From Candidatus Krumholzibacteriia bacterium (lineage in GTDB: Bacteria; Krumholzibacteriota; Krumholzibacteriia; LZORAL124-64-63), in assembly GCA_016744705.1 (NCBI GenBank), contig JADGDU010000005.1, positions 3,762 to 67,761 on the forward strand: a stretch of DNA of 64,000 nt. The letters run 5' to 3'. Below the pieces are notes generated by a model that searched no databases, was not told the origin of the DNA, and saw only the letters and a program-made list of their open reading frames with translations. Each line of letters begins with the position of its first letter. The first letter of the stretch is position 1. Positions 46,201 through 54,236 of this stretch are shown here, piece after piece. The position numbers were made by a program, and so were the translations under genes.

Positions 46201-48041
46201 AACAAGTGAATCAGGATGTTGTGTTTGGCACTTCCTATTTCCGCAATGAAGGATTGTCCCAACTCACTAAGTATTATTACCAGGTTTGCAGTGTAGGTGA
46301 ATCTCTGGTTCCCAGTTCCGTCTCTGTGGTGGTGGAACAGGCGACGGCACCAGCGGAAGCCATCGGTTTCCCCGTGACCTTTATCAATGAAACCAGTGGC
46401 AGTCTGGCTGTGGGTGACGTTGATGGTGATGGCGATTATGAAGTTGTTTTGGGTAGTGATGAGCTCTATGTGTGGCATCATGATGGCACCGAATTATTTG
46501 ACGGTGATAACGATAGCCAAACCCTGGGGCCTGTGACCAATAACAATAGTAATGTGAGTCCTGCGGGCATCGCATTGGCTCAATTGGACGGACTTCCCGG
46601 GTTGGAAATGATTTACTGTGACCGCAGTAATCCCGAGTTGGTCAACGTGCTGGATCAGGCGGGGAACCCTCTTCCTGGATGGCCTCAAACCACCAACGGT
46701 GGATCGGGCACCCAGTGGGTGTGGGCCAGTCCTGCGGTTGGCGATATTGATGGCGACGGAGATTTGGAAGTAATCATCAATTCTCTCAATGGTCGCACCT
46801 GGGCCTGGCACCATGACGGGACTGAAGTGCGTGACGGGGATAACAATCCTGACACTAATGGACTGTTCATGATCCGCCCCGGCGCCCATGGAGAATGGGG
46901 GCTCAGTTCCCCTGTGTTATACGATCTGGACGATGATGGCGCCGATGATATCATCTTTGGAACCGGGGCCGATGATACGGGTGGCAACAAACTTGTGGCT
47001 TACAAAGTGGATGGAACAGATGTTCCCGGCTTCCCTTACTTTTCCGATAGCCGTATCAACAACAGTGCTGCCGTCGGCGATCTCAACAACGATGGCATGG
47101 TGGAAATTGTCTTTTATGACAGCACCGGACATCTTTATGCCGTCCAGCAGGACGGCACCGATTATCCCGGATTCCCTGCGGATTACGGATTCGGTACCAG
47201 AAGTGGTGGCTTGCCCAGCGTGGCCTTGGGTGACATGGATGAAGATGGTGAATTGGAAATCATCTTTGCCGGAAATGTTGATGGTGACTTGAGTAAGTTG
47301 GTCATCGTGGACACCGATGTTAATGGCGGCACCAGTGGGCTATCTCTGAATGGTTGGCCCATTGATTTGCCCGGTAGCTCCGAAGGCAGTCCCGTGGTGG
47401 GCGACATTGATGGAGACGCTGTTCCCGATATCATCTTCGGTATTGGTGGAGGCTCCGAAGATGCTCCCAACAACCTTTATGCCTTTAAAGCCAATGGCCA
47501 ATCCATTGATGGTTTTCCCATCACCTTGACTGGTCCCATCATGCCCACACCCGTGATCTGTGACCTGGATGGCGATCTGGATGTGGATATCATTCTCGGT
47601 GCCTGGGATCGTGAAGTTCATGTTTGGGATATGCCATTTGCTTTCGACCAGCGCCATTGCCCATGGCCCACGTACCAGGGCAATATGCAGCGGGACGGGG
47701 TCCTGATTTCTGTAGATCTGGTGGGCGTGGATGATGTCGCTGACCTTCCTGCGGCCACCTTCAAGGTGGAGGCTCCATACCCGAATCCATTCAACCCTTC
47801 CACCAGCATTCGGCTTCATGTGCCTGTGGTGAAGGGGGCCTCTAGTCTGGAACTAAATGTGTATGACCTGCAGGGCCGAAAGGTACGCACATTGCATAAT
47901 GGTCCCATCTCTTCCGGTTGGCATACCATGATCTGGGATGGACAGGACAACTCAGGACGGAATCAATCCAGTGGCATGTATTTCATGCGGGCCCGTAGTG
48001 GAGGCAGTTCGTCCATTCACAAAATGACTCTGGTGAAATAA
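43206..48041 (+). CDS. Large secreted C25 (gingipain-like) cysteine peptidase with FN3, FG-GAP/VCBS repeats and FlgD-Ig/T9SS-type C-terminal domain
   Basis: GGAGG RBS before ATG 43206; signal peptide; YVLLGGD, IGHG, LNCAS, LLGDP; repeated GDxDGDG; PNPFNP...KMTLVK. Confidence 0.9.
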   Translation: MSAFGISSRLKLPLAFLVVLFVTNVAGFSSARSETVIYEGGFAPDLWSWEYTPEGAIYPSLEGHRQLLEPGLPMVPVQDLVLLIPAGLDVAEAWVEPLSTRTEKFSDTPALSPPHITDTGEMISTRRMQPSEGAFPAVWGEFSGTHTWRGYNLLTLSVYPAQIENQTITFLDQYAVQVVYADGQRQRLTLERERFVDGEVASNQEVLRAVVSNTQALSGYARINGAVVTEDKGQFVPTRTPSLSGSAVQYLIVTNEDMAPEFQRLADYKTRLGMQTLVVTREYIAANFRNGADIQETIRMFIQDAYAKWGTEYVLLGGDTDIIPPRYVNNTFYPATSFTEIPVDMYFACLDGNWNANGNALFGEALSSTVEADDVDFAEEVYLGRATVSNSTAAQVFVDKVISYETTPQGSQWPNRILYAAEVLFPSSYEEGMNIILDGAQFSDQMVNDLVEPCTDMEYVRMHETDSLFPREEGLTRSALIDSLNTGHYGIFNQIGHGFYFNMSVGNENFMNTDADALVNGDHLFVLFSLNCASAAFDYSCLMERFLQNPNGGSILSIGSSRAAFPNSSNNYQQGFFEALYCTDENRSGKLVAISRLPYLGNTVYNYVDRWTFENYTLLGDPTLPIWTGVPQGLGVSSSDMTLGPNQLNLVVSEGGQPARNAQVCLSRDGEDFATGLTNLSGAVTLDYLANIEGAVDLRVSGVNLAQFQSTVNVLDGTSYLDLSFVAVTDNGSSGSAGNGNTEIESGEVVNLSPILRETGGAGLSNLTGILSTTNPLVDVSSNAANFANVSGGGLTGPLTPFVVSVDPDMVDGTPVTFQLMLTDSHDESFDVQWTTVVKAPMLEVVRMDWEDDTFGNGDGFLGNGERVVLTVEVKNFGAGQADNADLRMRSYNANVSLFDTVGTVGSLELMETSGDVSTFSLALNDASRKSQSFISIIDNYGRSSQHAFVLQRPETPMNIETDTSLGSDVIALNWDPLEADELFGYNIFRSLSPDGPFEQVNQDVVFGTSYFRNEGLSQLTKYYYQVCSVGESLVPSSVSVVVEQATAPAEAIGFPVTFINETSGSLAVGDVDGDGDYEVVLGSDELYVWHHDGTELFDGDNDSQTLGPVTNNNSNVSPAGIALAQLDGLPGLEMIYCDRSNPELVNVLDQAGNPLPGWPQTTNGGSGTQWVWASPAVGDIDGDGDLEVIINSLNGRTWAWHHDGTEVRDGDNNPDTNGLFMIRPGAHGEWGLSSPVLYDLDDDGADDIIFGTGADDTGGNKLVAYKVDGTDVPGFPYFSDSRINNSAAVGDLNNDGMVEIVFYDSTGHLYAVQQDGTDYPGFPADYGFGTRSGGLPSVALGDMDEDGELEIIFAGNVDGDLSKLVIVDTDVNGGTSGLSLNGWPIDLPGSSEGSPVVGDIDGDAVPDIIFGIGGGSEDAPNNLYAFKANGQSIDGFPITLTGPIMPTPVICDLDGDLDVDIILGAWDREVHVWDMPFAFDQRHCPWPTYQGNMQRDGVLISVDLVGVDDVADLPAATFKVEAPYPNPFNPSTSIRLHVPVVKGASSLELNVYDLQGRKVRTLHNGPISSGWHTMIWDGQDNSGRNQSSGMYFMRARSGGSSSIHKMTLVK
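46405..47610 (+). repeat. About 7 FG-GAP/VCBS-like protein repeats (beta-propeller)
   Basis: AVGDVDGDGDYEV, AVGDIDGDGDLEV, LYDLDDDGADDI, AVGDLNNDGMVEI, ALGDMDEDGELEI, VVGDIDGDAVPDI, ICDLDGDLDVDI. Confidence 0.85.
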
Positions 48042-48092
48042 GAGTCCGGTGAAGGGATGATTTGACGGGATTTCCCCTCCCGGCGTATATTG

Positions 48093-48123
48093 AGGCGTGG
48101 TCCCATTGGGCCACGCCTTTTTT
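48093..48123 (+). terminator. Intrinsic terminator overlapping a likely downstream promoter
   Basis: AGGCGTGGTCC...GGGCCACGCCT plus T-run; TTGACG-N18-TATATT at 48062-48091 directly before it. Confidence 0.7.
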
Positions 48124-48158
48124 CGAGATTTAAGAATCCCACCCGATGAAATGAGATC

Positions 48159-49829
48159 TTGATGCTCCCTAATAATCATCCCAGTGCGAATCTTCATCGG
48201 GGCGGACTTCTCTTTGCAGTGGCGCTGTGGATTCTGGTGGCTGGTTGTGGACAGAACAATCAGTCCCAGGACGAGGCTGTCGATCAGACATTGGGGCAGC
48301 GGGAGCCGGTTTCAGGTGGCATGGCCGTCATTGCCATAGGGGGAGATCCGGACGGACTTAATCCCTTGACCAGACGCTCAGCCGTCGGAGGTCAGGTATT
48401 AGCAGAAATTCTGGAAAGTCTGACAGAAATGGAAATCGGCTTGGTTCATGAGCCCCGCATTGCCGAGAGTTGGACTCTTGGACCGGACAGTCTTTCCATC
48501 ACATATCATCTTCGCCCCTGGGTATGGGAAGACGGACACGCCCTGACGGCCAGAGATGTGGCCGCATCATTTGACCTTTTCAAAGACCCCGAGGTGGCCA
48601 GTTTGCGACGTGGCTTTTTCCGTGATGTGGAAAGAGCGGAAGTGGTGGATGAAGCCACCATTCGGTACCATTTATCTCGTGTGTTGCCTGATCCACTGTC
48701 CCGAACTCAACATTCCATTCTGCCTTTACACATCATCTCTTCTTTGGACAAAGGACAGGTTAATAGCTGGCCTCTTAATCAAAAACCGGTTGCTTCAGGA
48801 CCCTTTCGTTTGGTTTCCTGGGAACATTCCCATGAAATCATTTTGGCCAGAAATGAAAAATACCCTCTTGGGGCACCCCTTTTGGATCGGATCTCCTTCC
48901 GGATAATGAAAGAACCTGCTACCCGTATTTTAGGACTTGAAACCGGCGAAGTAGATTTTGTGGCAGGAGTCCCATCCCATGAAGCTAAGAGGCTGCAAAA
49001 GCGGGACGACCTTCTGGTCAAGGTCACCGAAGGCCGTCGCTTTTATTATCTGATGTGGAATTGCAGAAATCCTCGTTTCGAAGATGCTGCAACTCGGCGG
49101 GCCCTGAGCCTGGCTATTGACCGCCAGCGCATGAACCAAACCCTTTTGGATGGGTATGGCAGTTTGGCAGTTGGTCCCGTCGCCCAGGTGGTTTGGAATT
49201 TCAACAAGGACCTCAAAGCTGATCCTTATGATCCCGCAGCGGCTTCAAAGATGCTGGCTGCGGCCGGGTGGGTGGATGAAGATGGTGATGGTTTTTTGGA
49301 GCGGGATGGGCTGAGTCTGGAGTTTGAAATTCTCACTCGACAGGGAGATCCCATACGCTCCGGTGGTGTGGTCATTCTGCGAGAAAATCTTCAGGCCGTG
49401 GGGGCCAAAATCCAGGTTCGTGCCCTTGAGTTGGCATCGGGCTTGGCCTTGCTCCGATCAGGAGAATTTGATTCCTATTTTGGTGCTATGAACCCCAACC
49501 TTTTCGGAGATCCATCCAGTGCCGTGCATACCAGAGCTATTGACGAATTCAACAATGGTTTTTATTCTAATGCAGTGGTTGACTCGTTGCTGGATGTCGC
49601 CCTCAGACAACAGGATCGAGATTTGGCAAGACCTGTGTGGGATCGGTTGCAGGTAATATTGCAGGACGACCCTCCTGCCGCGTATCTGTTCTGTCCTCAG
49701 AGGTTGGATGTGGTTTCCACCCGACTCCAGGATGTCAGACCGGATATCCTGTCCCCGTTCAACAATATGGTCCAGTGGTGGATTGCCCCCGAAGACCGTA
49801 GGTATCAAACGGGAAATGGGTCACCATGA
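48159..49829 (+). CDS. ABC transporter substrate-binding lipoprotein, family 5 (peptide/nickel)
   Basis: Lipobox LVAGC; LNPL, AESW, SGPF, RRALSLAIDR. Confidence 0.92.
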   Translation: MMLPNNHPSANLHRGGLLFAVALWILVAGCGQNNQSQDEAVDQTLGQREPVSGGMAVIAIGGDPDGLNPLTRRSAVGGQVLAEILESLTEMEIGLVHEPRIAESWTLGPDSLSITYHLRPWVWEDGHALTARDVAASFDLFKDPEVASLRRGFFRDVERAEVVDEATIRYHLSRVLPDPLSRTQHSILPLHIISSLDKGQVNSWPLNQKPVASGPFRLVSWEHSHEIILARNEKYPLGAPLLDRISFRIMKEPATRILGLETGEVDFVAGVPSHEAKRLQKRDDLLVKVTEGRRFYYLMWNCRNPRFEDAATRRALSLAIDRQRMNQTLLDGYGSLAVGPVAQVVWNFNKDLKADPYDPAAASKMLAAAGWVDEDGDGFLERDGLSLEFEILTRQGDPIRSGGVVILRENLQAVGAKIQVRALELASGLALLRSGEFDSYFGAMNPNLFGDPSSAVHTRAIDEFNNGFYSNAVVDSLLDVALRQQDRDLARPVWDRLQVILQDDPPAAYLFCPQRLDVVSTRLQDVRPDILSPFNNMVQWWIAPEDRRYQTGNGSP

Positions 49830-49866
49830 ATTTGAACATAACCCGGAACGGGGTCTATTTGTGAGT

Positions 49867-51489
49867 ATGCCCCAGGAAATGAGTCGTTTTTTGAAGTCCA
49901 GAATTTCTGTGATATGTGCGTTGGTTTTTCTGCTTTTTCTTTTCATTTTTGCGGCATGTTCCAGTTCCACTGAACCTGTTGTCTTACCAGAGGACCTTAC
50001 TTTTCAATATACGCCCACCTCTGGATTGGTGACTCTTTTTCATGGTGATAGTACCGATTTCTCCGTGGCAACCAACCCTTCGGTCACCTTCGCCAAACAA
50101 TGGAATCTGAATGCCAATGTGGTGGGCACAGAGCCTGCCTATCATTTTGAAGCCGTCCATATTGGTATTGATACTCTTCGTCTTGAATCCACCTATTCCG
50201 GTGTTCACTGGAATCGTACTTGGTATGTGAACATTGTGGAAAATTCCACGACCACTCCACCCGAAGTGGCTTCAGTTTCTCTGGATCACGGCAATGAGGC
50301 AGGAGATGTGGAGGTCTCCTGGCATATGATTCCTCAGTCCACTTATCCCATTGAAGAGTACCAGGTGGCCATGAGCTATGACGGGGCGATCACATCCGCT
50401 AACTGGACCGAAGCCACTTTGCTGGGATCTTATCCTCATTTGTACAACCAGGTGGGCTACAGTGTGGTATACAGCGAGGCTGAAGATGGAATGTTACCCG
50501 GTGAAGTGGCTTGGTTTGCTGTCCGGGCTCTTGATGAGGTAGGGCAGATGTCGGCACTTTCTTCATCCTACAACCACCTCATCAGTTCGCCTTGGTTTAT
50601 TGAAGGTTATGTTTTTGATGATAATGGTGAGGCTTTGTCCAACGTCATCATCAGCTATGGTTGTCCTTCCTGTCGGGTCAATTCAGATTCTGAAGGCCGC
50701 TATGTTATTGGTCCTTTGCCCAATGTTAATACTTATGATTTGACCTCTCTGACGAGCAACTCCTCATGCGACGGGGAACCTTGTGATTCGTTTTACGATT
50801 TCATCGCTCATGATGTTACTTACGACCCCGAGGGGAATTATGACATCATGTTGCTGGGTCGCTATGGTCTTGATGACAGTTGTGAAAACTATGATTTGAA
50901 TTTTATGACTTATTTCAGAGAAATGACCCGGACGGTCTTTCCTACTTCATTGCGGCCCACCTATGAGCTTTTTAAATGGGAATCCTATCCCGTAAAAGTA
51001 TATGTTCCCCCTTTCACCAGTGTTAATGGCTTGGATTATGAATCTCTGTGCAAAGAGGTTGTGGGTTTCTGGAATGTGGCCATGGGAGAGGAGTATCTCC
51101 AGCTGGTGGACTCCCCAGAGGAAGCCATGATTGAACTCTATTTTGGTGATGAAGGCACCTTGTATGCAGGACGCACATTTCTGGCACAACCCAACGACGA
51201 GGACTTCAGACTGGGAGATGTTATACCCGAAAAAGTTCTGGTTTATGTGTGGGATCAACTGCCAAATGCCACCAATGTCCAGGAAACGACCATGCATGAG
51301 TTGGGGCACTCTTTGGGACTATTTGCCCACACCGTGTGTTCAGGTGATGGCTTTATCATGTCAGCTAATCATGCGGGGATCTTGGCCAATGGACCCGAAA
51401 ATGCCGTGCATCCCGATGAGAAACGGGCTGTGCGCGCCATTAGAAATTTGCCCCAGGGCACAGATATTTCTGCCTTCGATTGGGAATAG
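49867..51489 (+). CDS. Lipoprotein with Ig/FN3-like modules and C-terminal matrixin-like zinc metallopeptidase
   Basis: Lipobox FAAC; HELGHSLGLFAH followed by Met-turn FIMS. Start uncertain (49861-49879). Confidence 0.78.
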   Translation: MPQEMSRFLKSRISVICALVFLLFLFIFAACSSSTEPVVLPEDLTFQYTPTSGLVTLFHGDSTDFSVATNPSVTFAKQWNLNANVVGTEPAYHFEAVHIGIDTLRLESTYSGVHWNRTWYVNIVENSTTTPPEVASVSLDHGNEAGDVEVSWHMIPQSTYPIEEYQVAMSYDGAITSANWTEATLLGSYPHLYNQVGYSVVYSEAEDGMLPGEVAWFAVRALDEVGQMSALSSSYNHLISSPWFIEGYVFDDNGEALSNVIISYGCPSCRVNSDSEGRYVIGPLPNVNTYDLTSLTSNSSCDGEPCDSFYDFIAHDVTYDPEGNYDIMLLGRYGLDDSCENYDLNFMTYFREMTRTVFPTSLRPTYELFKWESYPVKVYVPPFTSVNGLDYESLCKEVVGFWNVAMGEEYLQLVDSPEEAMIELYFGDEGTLYAGRTFLAQPNDEDFRLGDVIPEKVLVYVWDQLPNATNVQETTMHELGHSLGLFAHTVCSGDGFIMSANHAGILANGPENAVHPDEKRAVRAIRNLPQGTDISAFDWE

Positions 51490-51511
51490 TCGATTCCAGG
51501 ATATTACCGTG

Positions 51512-51540
51512 TTGACAACATAATGATTTTTTTTTAGGCT
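51512..51540 (+). promoter_or_regulatory. Sigma70-type promoter
   Basis: TTGACA-N17-TAGGCT with a T9 run in the spacer. Confidence 0.6.
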
Positions 51541-51584
51541 TTACGAACTCGTAAATATTACCAGGCTTCCTACCGGAGGTTATT

Positions 51585-52112
51585 ATGCCCAGCTCTCAAA
51601 AAGATTTTCTTACCAATCTCACCGCCAAAGAGATGAAAAGACTGTTGGTGGCTCGCGAGCGCATCGATGTCTTGATGGCTGAAAAAGGGAAACTGACCAC
51701 CGCCCTGGATAAAATTGATGATGAATTGTCCAGGCTGATGAATGACGCCCAGGGGACGCCCGCCAAGGCTCCGGACCGTGCGGTCAAAAAGAGCAGTGGT
51801 AAGAAAAAAGTGGCGGCCAGAAAAGCTGTAAAAAAGAAGGTTGCTGCAAAAAAAGTAACAAAGAAAAAGGTTACTAAAAAAGCTAAGTCCTCCGCTGCTA
51901 AATCTGGGGGGCGGGTCAAACTTGAAGATGTTGTGGTGAGCCTTATTAAAGCCAACCGCAAACCCATGACCTATAAGGAACTGATCGGTATCATTGTGGA
52001 GAAGAAACTCTTCACATCCAAGAGCAGTAATTTCGATAATGTTTTGCGTAGAACCCTGTCCACCAGCAAACTCGTGAAACGGGTCGGGCGCGGAGTCTAT
52101 TCAGTAGCCTGA
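51585..52112 (+). CDS. Basic putative nucleoid-associated protein (coiled coil, histone H1-like Lys/Ala linker, winged helix)
   Basis: GGAGG RBS; KKKVAARKAVKKKVAAKKVTKKKVTKK; C-terminal ...PMTYKEL...KRVGRGVY. Confidence 0.7.
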   Translation: MPSSQKDFLTNLTAKEMKRLLVARERIDVLMAEKGKLTTALDKIDDELSRLMNDAQGTPAKAPDRAVKKSSGKKKVAARKAVKKKVAAKKVTKKKVTKKAKSSAAKSGGRVKLEDVVVSLIKANRKPMTYKELIGIIVEKKLFTSKSSNFDNVLRRTLSTSKLVKRVGRGVYSVA

Positions 52113-52124
52113 TGTGGGCTTTCC

Positions 52125-52154
52125 ACTAACCCCGGCTGGATGGTCGGGGTTAGT
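52125..52154. terminator. Hairpin between convergent genes
   Basis: ACTAACCCCGGC...GTCGGGGTTAGT. Confidence 0.65.
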
Positions 52155-52167
52155 CTTGGTTCAAGGC

Positions 52168-52512
52168 TCATCCGGGGGGCCAGTCCAGGGATCTTCCACC
52201 CAGGATGTGCAAGTGCAGGTGGCCTACTGTTTGGCCGCCATCCTGCCCATTGTTGATCACAAAACGATATCCGTTGGAATTCAAGCCCTCATCGGCCGCA
52301 ATCTGTGTGGCGCGGGTCAGTAATTTTCCGGCCAGAAGACTGTCCTCAGTAGTAAGGTCTGAGAGGCCGGAAATGTGACGCCGCGGGATGACCAAAATGT
52401 GTGTTGGAGCCTGGGGATCAATGTCGCCGAAGGCTAGGAAATCGTCATCAGCGAAAATTTCGGTGCAGGGAATTTGGCCTGCGGCAATTTTGCAAAAAAG
52501 ACAATCACTCAT
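52168..52512 (-). CDS. hinT: Histidine triad nucleotide-binding protein (HinT)
   Basis: DCLFCKI, PQAPTHILVIP, GGQTVGHLHLHILGGR, WPPG. Confidence 0.93.
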   Translation of the reverse strand: MSDCLFCKIAAGQIPCTEIFADDDFLAFGDIDPQAPTHILVIPRRHISGLSDLTTEDSLLAGKLLTRATQIAADEGLNSNGYRFVINNGQDGGQTVGHLHLHILGGRSLDWPPG

Positions 52513-52587
52513 GCTGGAGTTTCCTTTTTTGGGGAATGGAAATGATGTCTGCAAACCTTAACACATGGCCGCCGGAGAGGAAACAGG

Positions 52588-53529
52588 ATGATGCCTGAGT
52601 CACCGCGGATTCTGGTGATCGGATACAATGCTTTTGACATCACTGTGCCTGTGGACCGTTTTCCCGTCCCAGATTCCAAAGCCGAAGTTCCCTTTGTCAA
52701 ATTGGGTGGAGGAGGCCCCGGAGCTACGGCTGCGGTGGCCATGTCCCGGTTGGGGGCCAAGGTTCAGTTGGTTACTCCGCTGACTCAGGATGCCGGTGGT
52801 TTGATCCAGCGTGATGAATTGATGGCCGCCGGTGTTGACCTCACTGGTAGTGTCGTTTTCCCCGAATATGCGTGCGCCAAGGCCGTGATTCTTGTTCAAC
52901 CTGCCACCGGTGAGCGAACCATTTTCTGGTCCCGGGGGGACTTGCCTCTTCTGGATGCGGCCTCCTGGGAGTCCCAATGGTTGGACGGAGTGGACTTGCT
53001 TTATCTTGATGGGCACGAACCGGACCTCAGTATGGTGGCCGCTCGGGAGGCTCGCGCCAGAGGGGTGCCCGTGGTTCTGGATGCCGGATCGGTGCGCTCA
53101 GGGAGCGAGGAGTTGGTGGCGCTATGCACTGACGTCATCTCCTCATCGGTTTTTGCACTGCAATTGGCAGGGTCTGAAGATCCTCTGGAGGCCTTGACCG
53201 AACTCCGCAAACGGGGCCCCAAGAATGTGGCCATGACCTTTGGGGCTGAAGGGGTCTTGGCCCTGGCTGAAGAGCCTTTTGCTATTCCAGCCTTCGAGGT
53301 TGAGGTTTGTGATACCACTGGGGCGGGCGATGTTTTTCATGCCGGGTATGCCTTTTCTCTGGCCTGTGGGGGGCAGTTCGAGTATAACCTCACATTTGGT
53401 GCTGCGGTGGCTGCGCTCAAATGTGCTCACTGGGGTGGCCGGGGTGGTTTGCCTCTTTTGGCTGATGTTCAGGAAATCCTTCGGTCTGGTCAGACCCTTC
53501 CTCTTTCTGCCCGATTCCATCTTTCTTAA
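52588..53529 (+). CDS. PfkB/ribokinase-family carbohydrate kinase
   Basis: GGGPGATAAVAMSRLG, DTTGAGDVFHAG. Confidence 0.92.
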   Translation: MMPESPRILVIGYNAFDITVPVDRFPVPDSKAEVPFVKLGGGGPGATAAVAMSRLGAKVQLVTPLTQDAGGLIQRDELMAAGVDLTGSVVFPEYACAKAVILVQPATGERTIFWSRGDLPLLDAASWESQWLDGVDLLYLDGHEPDLSMVAAREARARGVPVVLDAGSVRSGSEELVALCTDVISSSVFALQLAGSEDPLEALTELRKRGPKNVAMTFGAEGVLALAEEPFAIPAFEVEVCDTTGAGDVFHAGYAFSLACGGQFEYNLTFGAAVAALKCAHWGGRGGLPLLADVQEILRSGQTLPLSARFHLS

Positions 53530-53541
53530 AATTTCTCATGA

Positions 53542-53598
53542 TTTTGTTGTTTTTTCGCTGGACTTTCGTCTTGGTTTCGCCTAGGTTGGGCCTACTAT
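53542..53598 (+). promoter_or_regulatory. lexA promoter with 11-bp-periodic TTTCG direct repeats (candidate LexA operator)
   Basis: TTTCG at 53553, 53564 and 53575 (TTTTG at 53542); -10 TACTAT at 53593. Confidence 0.6.
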
Positions 53599-53625
53599 TA
53601 CCCGTTTACCTATGGGGAGGAAATC

Positions 53626-54234
53626 ATGGGACTCACGCGCCGACAGGCTGAAATTCTTGCATACATCACTCAATTTACGGAAGTCGAGGGTTTTGCACCC
53701 ACACTACAGGAAGTGGGTGAAAAGTTTGGCCTCTCATCGGTTGCCACGGTGCACAAGCACATCAGCAATCTGGTGGAGAAAGGGTATCTTCTGCGTTCCC
53801 GCCGCAATTCCAGCCGAGATTTGGAAGTGGTCAGCCAACATTCAGAAGAACCCAGCCTTGTGCGCATTCCCCTGCTGGGTACCGTCGCGGCCGGCTTGCC
53901 CGTGGAAGCCCTTGACGAGCACGAAGAGATCATTTTGCCCACGGAGTGGCTGGGGCGTGGCCGCACGTTTGCTTTGCGAGTCCGCGGCGATTCCATGATT
54001 GATGAACAGATTCGCGATGGGGATACAGTGGTGGTTGAGTCCCGAGAAATGGCTCGCAATGGAGAAACCGTCATTGCCCTGGTGGATGGGGATTCCGTCA
54101 CCGTCAAACAGTACTACCGTGAAGGGCCCAGCATTCGCCTGCAACCCGCCAACCCCACTGTGCCGGTGCTTGTTTTGCCTGAAGAGCGTGTCCAGGTGCA
54201 GGGTGTTGTCATTGGCGTCCTACGACGTTTCTAG
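53626..54234 (+). CDS. lexA: SOS repressor LexA
   Basis: LTRRQ..IL, PTLQEV, cleavage site VAAG, catalytic GDSM and VTVK. Confidence 0.96.
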   Translation: MGLTRRQAEILAYITQFTEVEGFAPTLQEVGEKFGLSSVATVHKHISNLVEKGYLLRSRRNSSRDLEVVSQHSEEPSLVRIPLLGTVAAGLPVEALDEHEEIILPTEWLGRGRTFALRVRGDSMIDEQIRDGDTVVVESREMARNGETVIALVDGDSVTVKQYYREGPSIRLQPANPTVPVLVLPEERVQVQGVVIGVLRRF

Positions 54235-54236
54235 GT

